64,000 nucleotides of DNA from Gammaproteobacteria bacterium (lineage in GTDB: Bacteria > Pseudomonadota > Gammaproteobacteria > UBA4575), in the NCBI GenBank assembly GCA_965243395.1, contig CBDEUS010000001.1, forward strand, positions 288,001 to 352,000. The letters are read 5' to 3'. Positions within the stretch are counted from its first letter, which is position 1, and every line of letters starts with the position of its first letter. The position numbers and the translations under genes are program-made. Positions 39,105-49,604 of this stretch are shown here, piece after piece. The notes below the pieces were generated by a model, which was given only the letters and a program-made list of their open reading frames with translations, was not told the origin of the DNA and did no database searches.

Positions 39105-39806
39105 ATGAACTCCAATGTAATTCCTGTCATCACTATTGATGGTCCAGCAGGATCAGGTAAAGGTACCATTGCTAGACAGTTGGCGGCGTTTCTAAAGTAT
39201 CACTATTTGGATAGTGGGGCTTTGTATCGAGCCTTGGCTCTTCAAAGCCAACAGCAAAATATTGAACCCGATGATTGTGAAGGCTTGTTGGCTATATGTG
39301 AGCAAATGAAAGTGCGATTTGATTTTAGTGCACCGGATATGGACAACACTATGCAAGAGCATGTAACAGTATTTTTAGACGACCAAGAAGTAACTGAGGA
39401 GCTACGCACCGAAGAATGTGCCGCCCGCGCTTCGCAACTGGCTTCTCAGCCTAAGGTCCGCGAAGCTTTATTAAATAAGCAAAGGTCTTTTAGAAAAGCG
39501 CCCGGTTTGGTAGCAGAAGGCAGGGATATGGGGACTGTGGTTTTTCCCGATGCCGAGAGTAAATTTTACCTTACGGCCAGTCCCAAAGAGAGAGCCCTAA
39601 GGAGGCAGAAACAGTTGAAGAAACAAGGCATTAGTGCTAGCCTTGGCCCCCTTTTGACAGACATAGAGACGCGAGATTCCAGGGATCAAAATCGCAAAGT
39701 CTCTCCATTACGTCCTGCCACTGATGCTTTACTTGTTGATTCGACGGAACTATCGATTGAGCAAGTCGTAAATCGAATTGCTGAAGTTGTTCGTGGCCGG
39801 CATTAA
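39105..39806 (+). CDS. cmk: Cytidylate kinase
   Basis: IDGPAGSGKGT, LDSGALYR, EGRDMGTVVFP. Confidence 0.97.
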   Translation: MNSNVIPVITIDGPAGSGKGTIARQLAAFLKYHYLDSGALYRALALQSQQQNIEPDDCEGLLAICEQMKVRFDFSAPDMDNTMQEHVTVFLDDQEVTEELRTEECAARASQLASQPKVREALLNKQRSFRKAPGLVAEGRDMGTVVFPDAESKFYLTASPKERALRRQKQLKKQGISASLGPLLTDIETRDSRDQNRKVSPLRPATDALLVDSTELSIEQVVNRIAEVVRGRH

Positions 39807-39845
39807 CCGATCCCTAAAAATAATAGGAATTGTATATAAATTACT

Positions 39846-41531
39846 ATGAGTGAAAGTTTTGCCGAGCTCTTTGAGGAGAGCGTTTCCAACCTAAATACAC
39901 AGCCGGGTACCATCATCAATGGAACAGTAGTTGATATTAATAAGGATGCCGTAATCGTTTATGCGGGATTAAAGTCGGAAGGCATTATTCCGATAGACCA
40001 ATTCAAAGTTAATGATGGAGTTCTTGAAGTCGAAGTGGGCGACTCAGTTGAAGTGGCCTTGGATGCACTTGAAGATGGCTATGGAGAAACCAAACTTTCA
40101 CGTGAAAAAGCACGTCGAGCCAAAGCATGGATTGAATTAGAAACGGTCCATGAATCGGGAGAAACGATTACTGGGACAATTACGGGGAAAGTGAAAGGTG
40201 GATTTACCGTCGAGTTGGGTGATTTACGGGCATTTTTACCAGGTTCTTTAGTGGATGTGCGTCCTGTGCGAGACACATCTTATCTTGAAGGTAAAGAGCT
40301 CGAATTCAAAGTAATCAAAATTGACCTTAAGCGTAACAATGTCGTGGTCTCACGTCGTGCAGTGGTTGAATCTGAATATAGCGCTGAGCGTGAAGAACTC
40401 ATTGAAGCGCTCAAAGAAGGGGCTGTTGTCAAAGGTATTGTTAAGAATTTAACCGATTACGGAGCATTTTTGGATTTAGGTGGGGTTGATGGTTTATTGC
40501 ACATCACTGATATGGCCTGGAAACGCGTCAAACACCCATCGGAAATTGTTGCGATTGGAGATGAAATAGAAGTACGTGTTCTTAAGTTCGATAAAGAAAA
40601 GACACGTGTATCACTTGGCTTGAAGCAACTGGATGATGATCCATGGCGAGACATTAATCGCCGTTACCCTGAAGGCGCTCGGATTTTTGGCAAAGTAACC
40701 AATATTGCAGATTATGGATGCTTTGTTGAAATCGAAGAAGGCATTGAAGGCTTGGTTCATGTTTCAGAAATGGATTGGACCAATAAGAATGTTAACCCTG
40801 CAAAAATCGTATCACTAGGCGATGAAGTAGAGGTGATGATTTTAGATATCGATGAGGAGCGTCGCCGAATTTCCCTCGGTATGAAGCAATGCAAAGCCAA
40901 CCCGTGGGATGATTTTGCCAGCAGTCATGATAAAGGCAGCGAAGTTACCGGCACGATTAAATCAATTACTGATTTTGGTATTTTTGTTGGGCTTGACGGA
41001 GGCATTGATGGTTTAGTGCACTTGTCGGATCTATCTTGGAATGAAACGGGCGAAGAGGCTGTCCGTAATTATAAGAAGGGTGATGAATTACGGGCCATGG
41101 TTTTATCCGTTGATGCCGAGCGGGAGCGAATCTCGTTGGGTGTTAAGCAAATGGAGAAAGATCCCTTTTCAGGGTTTTTCACCGAGCATCCCAAAGGTAG
41201 CATTGTCAAGGGCACTGTAAGTGAAGTAGATGCAAAAGCTGCTACTATTGTTCTAGCAGAGGGTGTTGAGGGTATACTTAAGGCCTCCGAGATTGCACGA
41301 GATCGCGTCGAAGATGCACGAACTGTGCTAAAAGAGGGCGATCAAGTTGAGGCGAAATTTATCGGAGTAGATAAAAAGTCTAGAACGATTATTTTATCTA
41401 TTAAAGCGAAAGACTATGAAGAAGAATCTGAAGCGATGCAGGAATACAGCAGTAATGAATCCGCTTCAATGAACCTCGGTGATATTTTAAAAGAATCCAT
41501 CGAGGATAATAACGAAGACTCTACTGAATAA
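39846..41531 (+). CDS. rpsA: 30S ribosomal protein S1
   Basis: [12 protein letters not shown], six S1 repeats. Confidence 0.99.
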   Translation: MSESFAELFEESVSNLNTQPGTIINGTVVDINKDAVIVYAGLKSEGIIPIDQFKVNDGVLEVEVGDSVEVALDALEDGYGETKLSREKARRAKAWIELETVHESGETITGTITGKVKGGFTVELGDLRAFLPGSLVDVRPVRDTSYLEGKELEFKVIKIDLKRNNVVVSRRAVVESEYSAEREELIEALKEGAVVKGIVKNLTDYGAFLDLGGVDGLLHITDMAWKRVKHPSEIVAIGDEIEVRVLKFDKEKTRVSLGLKQLDDDPWRDINRRYPEGARIFGKVTNIADYGCFVEIEEGIEGLVHVSEMDWTNKNVNPAKIVSLGDEVEVMILDIDEERRRISLGMKQCKANPWDDFASSHDKGSEVTGTIKSITDFGIFVGLDGGIDGLVHLSDLSWNETGEEAVRNYKKGDELRAMVLSVDAERERISLGVKQMEKDPFSGFFTEHPKGSIVKGTVSEVDAKAATIVLAEGVEGILKASEIARDRVEDARTVLKEGDQVEAKFIGVDKKSRTIILSIKAKDYEEESEAMQEYSSNESASMNLGDILKESIEDNNEDSTE

Positions 41532-41570
41532 CAGGTTGAATAAAAACAGTTCCAAAATTAGGAGTAACTC

Positions 41571-41891
41571 ATGACTATAAATGATGATAAAAACATGATT
41601 ACCAAGTCGGAGCTAATTGAAAAAATATCTTTAAAGCAAAACCATCTAGCGCATAAAGATATTGAGCTATCCATTAAAAGTATCATAGAACAAATGAGCA
41701 CCTCGCTATCCCAGGGTGATCGTATCGAAATTAGAGGCTTTGGTAGTTTTTCTTTGCATTTCAGACCACCCCGTATAGGGCGAAATCCTAAAACGGGCGA
41801 TGCAGTTTCTTTACCTGGGAAGCATGTCCCCCACTTCAAACCTGGCAAAGAGTTGCGTGAACGCGTGAATCGTAGTGTCAGCCACAATTAA
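41571..41891 (+). CDS. ihfB: Integration host factor beta
   Basis: [32 protein letters not shown]. Confidence 0.97.
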   Translation: MTINDDKNMITKSELIEKISLKQNHLAHKDIELSIKSIIEQMSTSLSQGDRIEIRGFGSFSLHFRPPRIGRNPKTGDAVSLPGKHVPHFKPGKELRERVNRSVSHN

Positions 41892-41942
41892 GTTAACTAA
41901 ACGCTTTCTCAGACTGTCGGTATATATTTTGAAATAAACTAA

Positions 41943-42236
41943 ATGGTACGTTTTCTACTATTTATTTTCTTTCTTGCACTAACACTTTTATTTTTTATTT
42001 TTACGCTAGAAAACCTTAACTTAGTTCCATTGAATTTGGTATTTAGCCAAATTCAGGTGCCTTTAGGGTTAACCATGCTAATGTGTTTTTTATTTGGCGC
42101 ATTATTAGGACTGGTTTTCAGTATTAGTTTAGTATTGAAAAATAAAAATAAAGCCAGAGTGTTGGCTAAAAAAGTTGCTGTTGCCGAACAAGAAGTTGCC
42201 AATCTTCGCCAGCTTCCTATCAAGAGCTCCCATTAA
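41943..42236 (+). CDS. lapA: LPS assembly protein A
   Basis: Two TM segments plus coiled coil; between ihfB and lapB. Confidence 0.85.
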   Translation: MVRFLLFIFFLALTLLFFIFTLENLNLVPLNLVFSQIQVPLGLTMLMCFLFGALLGLVFSISLVLKNKNKARVLAKKVAVAEQEVANLRQLPIKSSH

Positions 42237-43405
42237 TGCCAGAACTATACTGGTTGCTGCTGTTATTGGCAGGTATTGCAGGATGGTTTTTGGCGCAAAT
42301 TATTTATAAAGATCGTTCTAAACCAAAAATTCCGGGCGAATATCTCAAGGGTTTAAATTATTTATTAAATGAACAACCCGACAAAGCCTTAGAAGTATTC
42401 ATAGATCTAGTCGATGTCGATACAGAAACCGTAGAAACCCATTTAGTGCTGGGAAATATGTTTCGGCGCAGGGGAGAAGTCGATAGAGCTATTCGAATAC
42501 ATCAAAATTTGATTGCACGTCCTACACTTGAAGCTGTCGACAAATCAACCGCTTTGCTTGAGCTAGCTAAAGATTATCTAAAAGCGGGGCTATTGGATCG
42601 CGCAGAGTCCTTACTCAAGAATGTAATCGAAATTGGCATACAAACAGACGAGGCATATCCATTGTTGTTAGGTCTGTATGAGCAGGAAAAAGAATGGAGC
42701 TTGGCTATTGAAACCACAAAAAAATTAGAAAAAGTACAAGGTAAAAAAATGAACCATATCACTGCACACTATTATTGTGAATTAAGTGAAGTGGCATTAG
42801 AAAATAAATCTAATGATGATAATGGTTCGCAGAAATCAGCTAAACAATTAGCAAAAAAAGCACTTTCTTATGATAAGAATTGTGCACGCGCAAGTGTATT
42901 GTTAGGGCATATTGCAATGTATGAAAAAAATTATAAAGCTGCAATAAAATTTTATATTGCAGTAGCGAGACAAAAGCCTGAATATTTGCCTGAGGTGTTC
43001 ATGAACTTGCGCGAAGCATTTATCAAGCAAAATGATCAAGAAGGGTTCAGACAGTTCTTGCGTAATATTAAAGATTCCAATCTTAGCGGTCTTACTTTAA
43101 CGAATTTACTTGAAGATCTTGGTGAAGAAGATGTTGAAAAACAGCTTATTCTAGACTGGTTACTTGAAAAGTCTAAACTATCTTTACTTGAAGTGAACGG
43201 CTTTTTAAAAAGCAAAACTCAGGAGAAAGAATCGATTAGTGAGCTGGGTTTACTTAAAATTCAGGAAAGTGTAGAACAATTCATTAGTAACCGTAGTACA
43301 CATCAGTGTAAACAATGCGGTTTTCATGGAAAGTTACTCTATTGGCAATGCCCAAGTTGCCATAGTTGGGGTACTGTGGTGCCGGTGATGCCCAGCCTTA
43401 ATTGA
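42236..43405 (+). CDS. lapB: LPS assembly protein B
   Basis: GLNYLLNEQPDKA, TPRs, rubredoxin CKQC..CPSC. Confidence 0.95.
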   Translation: MPELYWLLLLLAGIAGWFLAQIIYKDRSKPKIPGEYLKGLNYLLNEQPDKALEVFIDLVDVDTETVETHLVLGNMFRRRGEVDRAIRIHQNLIARPTLEAVDKSTALLELAKDYLKAGLLDRAESLLKNVIEIGIQTDEAYPLLLGLYEQEKEWSLAIETTKKLEKVQGKKMNHITAHYYCELSEVALENKSNDDNGSQKSAKQLAKKALSYDKNCARASVLLGHIAMYEKNYKAAIKFYIAVARQKPEYLPEVFMNLREAFIKQNDQEGFRQFLRNIKDSNLSGLTLTNLLEDLGEEDVEKQLILDWLLEKSKLSLLEVNGFLKSKTQEKESISELGLLKIQESVEQFISNRSTHQCKQCGFHGKLLYWQCPSCHSWGTVVPVMPSLN

Positions 43406-43434
43406 ATGAGTCTTAACTAAATGATAACAAGAAC

Positions 43435-44142
43435 ATGAAGGACGAAAACCCAATTATTATTGCGCTTGATTACCCAAATGCCAAGCAAGCAAATGAGTTC
43501 ATACAGCGTATTCAAGGATCTTCATGTAAATTAAAAGTAGGCCTGGAACTGTTTATTGCCGAGGGGCCTGCGTTTGTTGAGCAGTTGGTGGCTCAAGGGC
43601 ATCAAGTATTTTTAGACTTAAAGCTACACGATATTCCTAACACTGTAGCTTCAGCATGTAGATCTGCTTCTAGTTTAGGGGTTTGGATGATGACTTTACA
43701 TGCGTTAGGCGGGGAAGCAATGTTGGGTGCAGCGCGTGAAGAAATATCTAATTCTACGAATGCCCCTAAGCTTGTCGCGGTAAGCGTACTAACTTCTATG
43801 GACGATAATCAATTAAAGGGTGTTGGTATAGAAAACTCTCCAAAAAATACAGTAATGAAGCTTGCTGAAGTTGCAATGGCTGCAAATATGGATGGCATGG
43901 TGTGTTCCGTCCATGAAGTTGCTGCGATGAGAGAAAAATGGGGAGAGCTTCCTACGATCGTTACTCCCGGTATACGTTTACAATATGACCAATCTCATGA
44001 TCAAAGTCGTATAGCTTCACCTAAACAGGCACATGATTTGGGTTCAAATTATATTGTGGTGGGCAGGCCCATTACACAAGCAGCGAATCCAGTTGAAGCA
44101 ATGAATCAATACCTTGATAACTGGAGTTCAAGTGCTGAGTGA
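43435..44142 (+). CDS. pyrF: Orotidine-5'-phosphate decarboxylase
   Basis: IALD, FLDLKLHDIPNT, TPGIR, VVGRPIT. Confidence 0.97.
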   Translation: MKDENPIIIALDYPNAKQANEFIQRIQGSSCKLKVGLELFIAEGPAFVEQLVAQGHQVFLDLKLHDIPNTVASACRSASSLGVWMMTLHALGGEAMLGAAREEISNSTNAPKLVAVSVLTSMDDNQLKGVGIENSPKNTVMKLAEVAMAANMDGMVCSVHEVAAMREKWGELPTIVTPGIRLQYDQSHDQSRIASPKQAHDLGSNYIVVGRPITQAANPVEAMNQYLDNWSSSAE

Positions 44143-44267
44143 TATATACATGCAAGTTTTCTATTTGAATAATTTAAATAAAGTCGATAGATTAATTACC
44201 AGAATAAATTTAATAGCAGATAAAACTAAATATTAGAATTTCTGCGATAGCAATATTAGGTGGGTAA

Positions 44268-44525
44268 ATGTTGCGTCTATTGTTAATTTCGATATTTTTT
44301 GTATTTATCTCAATTGTTAATGCTGAACCAGTCAACATTAATGAGGCAGATGCTCAGGAACTTGCCGATAATTTGACTGGGGTGGGTCCTAAAAAAGCTC
44401 AAGCAATCATAGAATATAGAGAATTAAATGGCCCATTTTTTAGCGCAGAAGAAATTGTCAATGTAAAAGGAATTGGTCCAAAAACGTTAGAGAAGAATAT
44501 AGAAAATATTCGCGTCAGGAATTAA
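44268..44525 (+). CDS. comEA: ComEA-family HhH DNA-binding protein
   Basis: Signal peptide, VNINEA, GVGPKKA, VKGIG. Confidence 0.9.
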   Translation: MLRLLLISIFFVFISIVNAEPVNINEADAQELADNLTGVGPKKAQAIIEYRELNGPFFSAEEIVNVKGIGPKTLEKNIENIRVRN

Positions 44526-44621
44526 TTTTCTTGAAATATAATTATGATGTGATAATTTTTAATTGATTCTTTAGCTATCTAGTTCTCATTTTAAATAATA
44601 TAAATATTTTACATTAAGCCT

Positions 44622-45494
44622 ATGCAAAAAATTCGTAAAGCTGTATTTCCTGTAGCAGGAATGGGAACTAGATTTCTTCCCGCAACTAAGGCTAATCCAA
44701 AGGAAATGCTACCCGTGGTTGATAAACCGCTCATTCAATATGCAGCTGAAGAAGCTGTTGCCGCGGGAATCGACACTTTGATTTTTATTACAGGCCGTCA
44801 TAAACGTTCTATTGAAGACCATTTTGATAAAGCTTACGAATTAGAAACTGAACTGCAAGCAGATGGTAAAGATACGATGCTAAATATGGTTCAAAATATT
44901 CTACCTAACGATGTGAAGTGTATTTATATTCGTCAATCTGAACCATTAGGGTTAGGGCATGCAGTGTTATGCGCAAAACCTGTAGTTGGAGATGATCCCT
45001 TTGCAGTGATACTGGCAGATGATCTCGTGGACAATGATACATATGGGTGCATTTCCCAAATGGTTGATGTTTATGAAAAAGAAAAATGTGGTGTTGTGGG
45101 AGTGCAAGAAGTTAAAAAAGAAGAAGTAAAAAGTTATGGTGTAATTGCGGGTAACAAAATTCAAGATAATTTATGGGATGTAGATACCTTTGTGGAAAAA
45201 CCAGATCCTGAAGATGCGCCATCAAATGTTGCAGTTGTTGGGCGCTATTTATTAGAACCTTCAATTTTTAAAATTCTTGAGGAAACGGGGAAAGGTGCTG
45301 GCGATGAAATTCAATTGACTGACGCTTTGGCTACTCAGGCAAAGTCAGAAAAATTATTGGCTTACAAGTTTGAAGGCAAACGATATGACTGTGGAAGCAA
45401 GTTTGGTTACCTAGAAGCTACAGTTGAACTAGCAATGAAGCACGGTGGAATTGGTAAACAATTCAAAAACTACTTACAACAGCGTATTAAGTAA
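44622..45494 (+). CDS. galU: UTP--glucose-1-phosphate uridylyltransferase
   Basis: [32 protein letters not shown]. Confidence 0.97.
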   Translation: MQKIRKAVFPVAGMGTRFLPATKANPKEMLPVVDKPLIQYAAEEAVAAGIDTLIFITGRHKRSIEDHFDKAYELETELQADGKDTMLNMVQNILPNDVKCIYIRQSEPLGLGHAVLCAKPVVGDDPFAVILADDLVDNDTYGCISQMVDVYEKEKCGVVGVQEVKKEEVKSYGVIAGNKIQDNLWDVDTFVEKPDPEDAPSNVAVVGRYLLEPSIFKILEETGKGAGDEIQLTDALATQAKSEKLLAYKFEGKRYDCGSKFGYLEATVELAMKHGGIGKQFKNYLQQRIK

Positions 45495-45554
45495 TCTGAA
45501 ATTTGTTTGATACTGAGTTTTAACAACCTAGTGATTTAATTTAATAATAATCTA

Positions 45555-45582
45555 TTGTCCGCTCTAGGAGCTAAACAGACCT
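45555..45582. repeat. Dispersed copy of the 28-bp palindromic repeat at the core/island junction
   Basis: TTGTCCGCT-CTAGGAGCTA-AACAGACCT. Confidence 0.55.
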
Positions 45583-45620
45583 CCTCTGTCTTACAATTAA
45601 GTATAAATTTATAAGTCTGC

Positions 45621-46781
45621 TTATACGTAGTCTCCTCTCAAACGATTGCCAAGAGTAACTGAAGCTGCACCAAGGCCTAATAACATCACTAGCAAAATTA
45701 ATATCTCACCAAGAAAAGGTACGAACCCTATAATCACTAATAGGATCACACCAGTAGCTAACAGAAATATACGCTGACCGGTTTTTTTGGATTCAACGTT
45801 TTTGTTTAGTATCCAATCTGACACTGCAAATGCTGCTGTCGTAATACCAAGAATAAATAAAAATGGTAGCAATAGCAGTGTGGCTACTCCGATCGGGATT
45901 CCAATGATGGTAGCTGTGGTTACAACTATGAATATTGGGACGCTGATAAAAACAACAAAACCCCATAAGATGCTTTGACCTGGATGAGTGCGCAGCAAAG
46001 TTATGCATTGTTCAACAAAACCACGAGCAAAGATGACGAGAATGAGCCCAAGTAAAAAAACACTAATAGCTAAAAGTATGAGTAATGCTCTACTATCGGA
46101 ATCGTGTTCATTCTCCTTAATATAATCAGAATCTTCCAGACTTGTTTTCGTGAGCTTGCCAGCCACGATTGCATTTGGAGAAATAACAGCTTCCTCGCTT
46201 GATCGTATAGTAAGGTTACCTTCAATATGCGCAGTATCACCAAGCTGCACATGGCGCCCCTCGATAGTAACGGGCCCGGATGTATGGCCTGAAAATATAA
46301 CTTGGTCTGCGTATAGACTAAGATTGTCCTTCGCGACTCCGTTAAACTCAATTAGTGCTGCAGCTAAAGATGTGTCGTTAGGTAACACAGCATTTTTAGA
46401 AATTTCAATTGATGCAGCTGCGGCACTTAATTGCTCTCCAACTTCGGCATCAACTTTTAATTCAGCCCCTGCAAGTCGGGCATTACCTGAAACTTTTCCT
46501 TTAACACTTAACCGTGAGCCTGCAGCGTATAAATTGCCATTGGTTTCTGTATCAATATCAATCAAAGCACCGGCCGCCCATATGTCTTGCTTCGCTTTAC
46601 CTTCAATGGTTAAACGAACGCCGGCAGCATAAATGTTCTTTGCGTTTTCGGATATGATTCTGATATTTGCGCCGGCCGCTTTAATATTATTCTCTTCGTA
46701 AGTGGCTAGCACATTGAAAAATGCTGAAATAAAAATGATCAGGATTGTGGATATGAATAGGATCAGTATTCGTCTATGCAT
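45621..46781 (-). CDS. Bactofilin-like beta-helix repeat protein with C-terminal multi-TM domain
   Basis: Signal peptide, repeated 'AAG...I.G' units, about 5 TM segments at C-terminus. Confidence 0.75.
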   Translation of the reverse strand: MHRRILILFISTILIIFISAFFNVLATYEENNIKAAGANIRIISENAKNIYAAGVRLTIEGKAKQDIWAAGALIDIDTETNGNLYAAGSRLSVKGKVSGNARLAGAELKVDAEVGEQLSAAAASIEISKNAVLPNDTSLAAALIEFNGVAKDNLSLYADQVIFSGHTSGPVTIEGRHVQLGDTAHIEGNLTIRSSEEAVISPNAIVAGKLTKTSLEDSDYIKENEHDSDSRALLILLAISVFLLGLILVIFARGFVEQCITLLRTHPGQSILWGFVVFISVPIFIVVTTATIIGIPIGVATLLLLPFLFILGITTAAFAVSDWILNKNVESKKTGQRIFLLATGVILLVIIGFVPFLGEILILLVMLLGLGAASVTLGNRLRGDYV

Positions 46782-46914
46782 ACATTACTCCTAAAGATAT
46801 TTATTTGACGCACAATAAATGATATGTGCAAAGAAAACACAAACTGAATGTTATGCATTTGATCTAGCTCAATTTATTTAACGAATAGGAAATTTTGATA
46901 AAACTAGCTAAATA

Positions 46915-46928
46915 TTGATAAATATCAA
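46915..46928. promoter_or_regulatory. FNR box
   Basis: TTGAT-AAAT-ATCAA; TACTAT -10 at 46950; second box TTGATCTAGCTCAA at 46859. Confidence 0.85.
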
Positions 46929-47002
46929 TTCAACTAATTTAATATTTATTACTATTTGGGAGGTAGTAAATAGATTTACAATTAATACGAATGAGGTGAC
47001 TC

Positions 47003-47392
47003 ATGAACTTTGGAACAATAGAGATACTCGCATTAATACTTATTGCGATAACCGCTATTAAACTTCTTGTTTTCCTGGTAAATCCTCAGTGGTGGTATAG
47101 CTTTATAGAGAAAGTATACGGAAACCCTCCAATTACATCTTTAATCGCATTTATATTAGCAATGGTTGTTTTATACTTTTTGGTTCTATCTGGAATCTCA
47201 ATAGTTGAAATACTTGCGGTTAGCTTATTTATCGCATTATTGATTGCTATTGGATTTGCAAAATATGCTAACAAATTAATTCCTTGGGTAAGAGAACAAA
47301 ATATTGTATTAATACTAAAAGAAGTATGGCTGTATACGTTAGTATGGCTGCTACTCATAGCCTGGGGAGCAGGCGAACTTTTGATAAGTTAG
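47003..47392 (+). CDS. Hypothetical 4-TM membrane protein
   Basis: GAGG RBS; hydrophobic throughout. Confidence 0.75.
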   Translation: MNFGTIEILALILIAITAIKLLVFLVNPQWWYSFIEKVYGNPPITSLIAFILAMVVLYFLVLSGISIVEILAVSLFIALLIAIGFAKYANKLIPWVREQNIVLILKEVWLYTLVWLLLIAWGAGELLIS

Positions 47393-47395
47393 TAC

Positions 47396-47644
47396 ATGAG
47401 CAAAGAAGAAGTTCACGATTTACTCGTTAAACTGAAAAGAGAAGTAAAAAATCTTGATTCAAATAGCGATATTCATAAAGAAATAAATTCGCTAATCTCT
47501 GATATTGAACAGAAATTAGCACTTAATGAAACATCACTAACGGAAAATATACGCAATTATATTGAGCAATTTGAAGCTGAGCATCCAAGAGTTACGAATA
47601 TTCTAAGCGAGCTAATGATCAAGTTAATGAATATTGGAATCTAA
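47396..47644 (+). CDS. DUF4404-like small protein
   Basis: 'FEAEHP...L.NIGI' C-terminus. Confidence 0.7.
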   Translation: MSKEEVHDLLVKLKREVKNLDSNSDIHKEINSLISDIEQKLALNETSLTENIRNYIEQFEAEHPRVTNILSELMIKLMNIGI

Positions 47645-47653
47645 CTAAACATC

Positions 47654-48130
47654 CTAGGAAAAGCCTTTGAGTACATCTTTTTCTTCCTTGGTATATTTTC
47701 TAATTAAATCTTCGATATGTATTAGTTCTTGGCTTAACATAGTAATACCATAACTCCAAGCTTTAACTAAATCATTCGTCTTGTCTAAATTTAATGTATC
47801 ACACAATGCATTGGTAAATGCTTTTTTCATAATTGGATAAAATTCATTTTTAACATGATGCTGAACATGAACATGTGCAATATCGTCTAGCTTTCCATAT
47901 ATTAATTTAAAGTTATCGATTTCTGTTGCATATAAAATAATTGTATCAATCAATCTCTCTGATTGAGACGGAGGCGTATTTTTAAATAGCTGTTTAATTT
48001 CCACATTATCTGCAAACATATTGTTATATGTTTTCTCGCCAATCTCATGGCTATGTTGTTTGATTGCGGGGTATGTGCGTTTTAGCGCTTCTAAATATCT
48101 TAGCTCTCCACTTAACATTTTATATCCCAT
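47654..48130 (-). CDS. Single-domain globin (Vitreoscilla Hb/flavoHb globin type)
   Basis: B10 Tyr (TYNNMF), CD1 Phe (QLF), F8 His (IAHVH), 'FYP', 'AW..G'. Confidence 0.85.
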   Translation of the reverse strand: MGYKMLSGELRYLEALKRTYPAIKQHSHEIGEKTYNNMFADNVEIKQLFKNTPPSQSERLIDTIILYATEIDNFKLIYGKLDDIAHVHVQHHVKNEFYPIMKKAFTNALCDTLNLDKTNDLVKAWSYGITMLSQELIHIEDLIRKYTKEEKDVLKGFS

Positions 48131-48175
48131 ATGAACTGAGTTAAGTAAAGTATAAGCAGCAGGGTTAATTCATGT

Positions 48176-48189
48176 CTGACCTAAATCAA
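48176..48189. promoter_or_regulatory. FNR box (globin)
   Basis: CTGAC-CTAA-ATCAA; minus-strand TATACT -10 21 nt away. Confidence 0.7.
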
Positions 48190-48206
48190 AAATAGGATAG
48201 ATACTG

Positions 48207-48322
48207 TATGCAAGATGCGGAATAGCAATATATGATACCAGCTGTTACCTAATTGATATTAGGCTCTTCTTTGGGGAAGCATTATGTGTTTTTTTAGGCA
48301 TATATCTTCCGCACCTTGCATA
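48207..48322. mobile_element. Candidate TA-flanked MITE or structured ncRNA
   Basis: TATGCAAGATGCGGAA ... TTCCGCACCTTGCATA (15/16 inverted), internal hairpins. Confidence 0.45.
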
Positions 48323-48383
48323 AGATGTCTCATAAATATTATGAGGCATAACTCCAACATATTTCATTTCTTATAATGAAGTA

Positions 48384-48397
48384 TTGATATAAATCAT
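48384..48397. promoter_or_regulatory. FNR box (cytochrome c)
   Basis: TTGAT-ATAA-ATCAT; TATTGT 22 nt downstream. Confidence 0.75.
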
Positions 48398-48463
48398 CTA
48401 ATTCCATATTTATTGCTTGTATTGTTACATTGCATCAAATAGTTTGGACAAAGGATATTTAGA

Positions 48464-48859
48464 ATGAATTTCGTTCTAGCAATATTTTCGATTATATTAT
48501 TGCAAACACAAGTTTATGCAAATTCTGAAGACATTAAAAAATCACATGAAAAAGGCTCACAAACTTATATAAACTATTGTGCTAATTGCCATGGAGATGA
48601 TGGTAAAGGTGATGGCCTAAACGCCAAGCAACTAGCAGCTAAAGCATCTGATCTTACGTTGCTTAGCAAAAATAATGGGGGTTCATTCCCTGAAACGACA
48701 GTCTATAATATTATTGATGGTCGTAGGACAGGTGATTATCATGGCCAAGAAATGCCGGTATGGGGACAATACTATAAAGAAATCGACGGGGATGAAGCCA
48801 TTGTAGATGCCCGCATTAGTAGAATAATTGAGTACCTCAAATCAATTCAAGTAGATTAG
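48464..48859 (+). CDS. Monoheme cytochrome c (MPVWG type)
   Basis: Signal peptide, CANCH, G.GDG, HG..MPVWG. Confidence 0.9.
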   Translation: MNFVLAIFSIILLQTQVYANSEDIKKSHEKGSQTYINYCANCHGDDGKGDGLNAKQLAAKASDLTLLSKNNGGSFPETTVYNIIDGRRTGDYHGQEMPVWGQYYKEIDGDEAIVDARISRIIEYLKSIQVD

Positions 48860-48931
48860 TAAATGTATAAGTATTTTTGTAATATTTTTTTCACATATTA
48901 TTGCGAGAATAACTTAAGATAAACAGTATGT

Positions 48932-49453
48932 TTAAAGATACATGCTGTAAATAACTTGTGTTGAATCATTTGGATTTTTTTCTACATGCATACCAAAGTC
49001 ATTAGCCAATGACTTCATTTTATAGTTATCTGTAAAATCTACAGAAAAGATGCGTGTGACACCTTGTTCACGCGCATATTTAATTAATGATTTCATCAAA
49101 ATTGTTCCTAACCCTTTATTCTGCCACTCATCAGCAACGACCACTGAGAATTCATACGAATCTCCATATTGATTAACTGCATAGCGACTAACTCCAATTA
49201 CTTTTTCTTTCCCCTTATCGACAACTGTAGCGACAAACGCCATCTTATTTTCATAATCTATATCACATAATTCAATAACTTCTTCAGTTGAAAGATGTGC
49301 AACACCACCGAGGAATCGATAATGTCTGCTTTGGGGAGATAATGTATCAATAAAGTCTCGTTCTTTTTCAGCATCATCTAGATTCATTGGGCGAATTAAT
49401 ACTTGTTTTCCGTCAATTTCTTCAACCTGTTTAAGTTTACTGACTGCTAACAT
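48932..49453 (-). CDS. GNAT N-acetyltransferase (stand-alone Pat-type domain)
   Basis: LSPQSRHYRF, DIDY, IGVSRY, VADEWQNKGLG. Confidence 0.85.
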   Translation of the reverse strand: MLAVSKLKQVEEIDGKQVLIRPMNLDDAEKERDFIDTLSPQSRHYRFLGGVAHLSTEEVIELCDIDYENKMAFVATVVDKGKEKVIGVSRYAVNQYGDSYEFSVVVADEWQNKGLGTILMKSLIKYAREQGVTRIFSVDFTDNYKMKSLANDFGMHVEKNPNDSTQVIYSMYL

Positions 49454-49529
49454 TATCTTGTCTCCTCTGAGAATGTTTACATTTATTTATCTTTATCTTC
49501 CTATTTTCCTTCAAAATGCCTTCGCAATA

Positions 49530-49543
49530 TTGATTTAACTCAA
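49530..49543. promoter_or_regulatory. FNR box (GNAT/FNT divergon)
   Basis: TTGAT-TTAA-CTCAA; TATCGT 22 nt downstream on plus strand. Confidence 0.75.
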
Positions 49544-49604
49544 CAAATCATTACTAATCTTAGGTTATCGTTATTTTTCAACAGGGTTAAATGGATTAAG
49601 TAAA

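Noticed and set aside
45613-45621. AAGTCTGCT half-site at the stop of the bactofilin-like gene
   Set aside because: Single arm only, 2 mismatches
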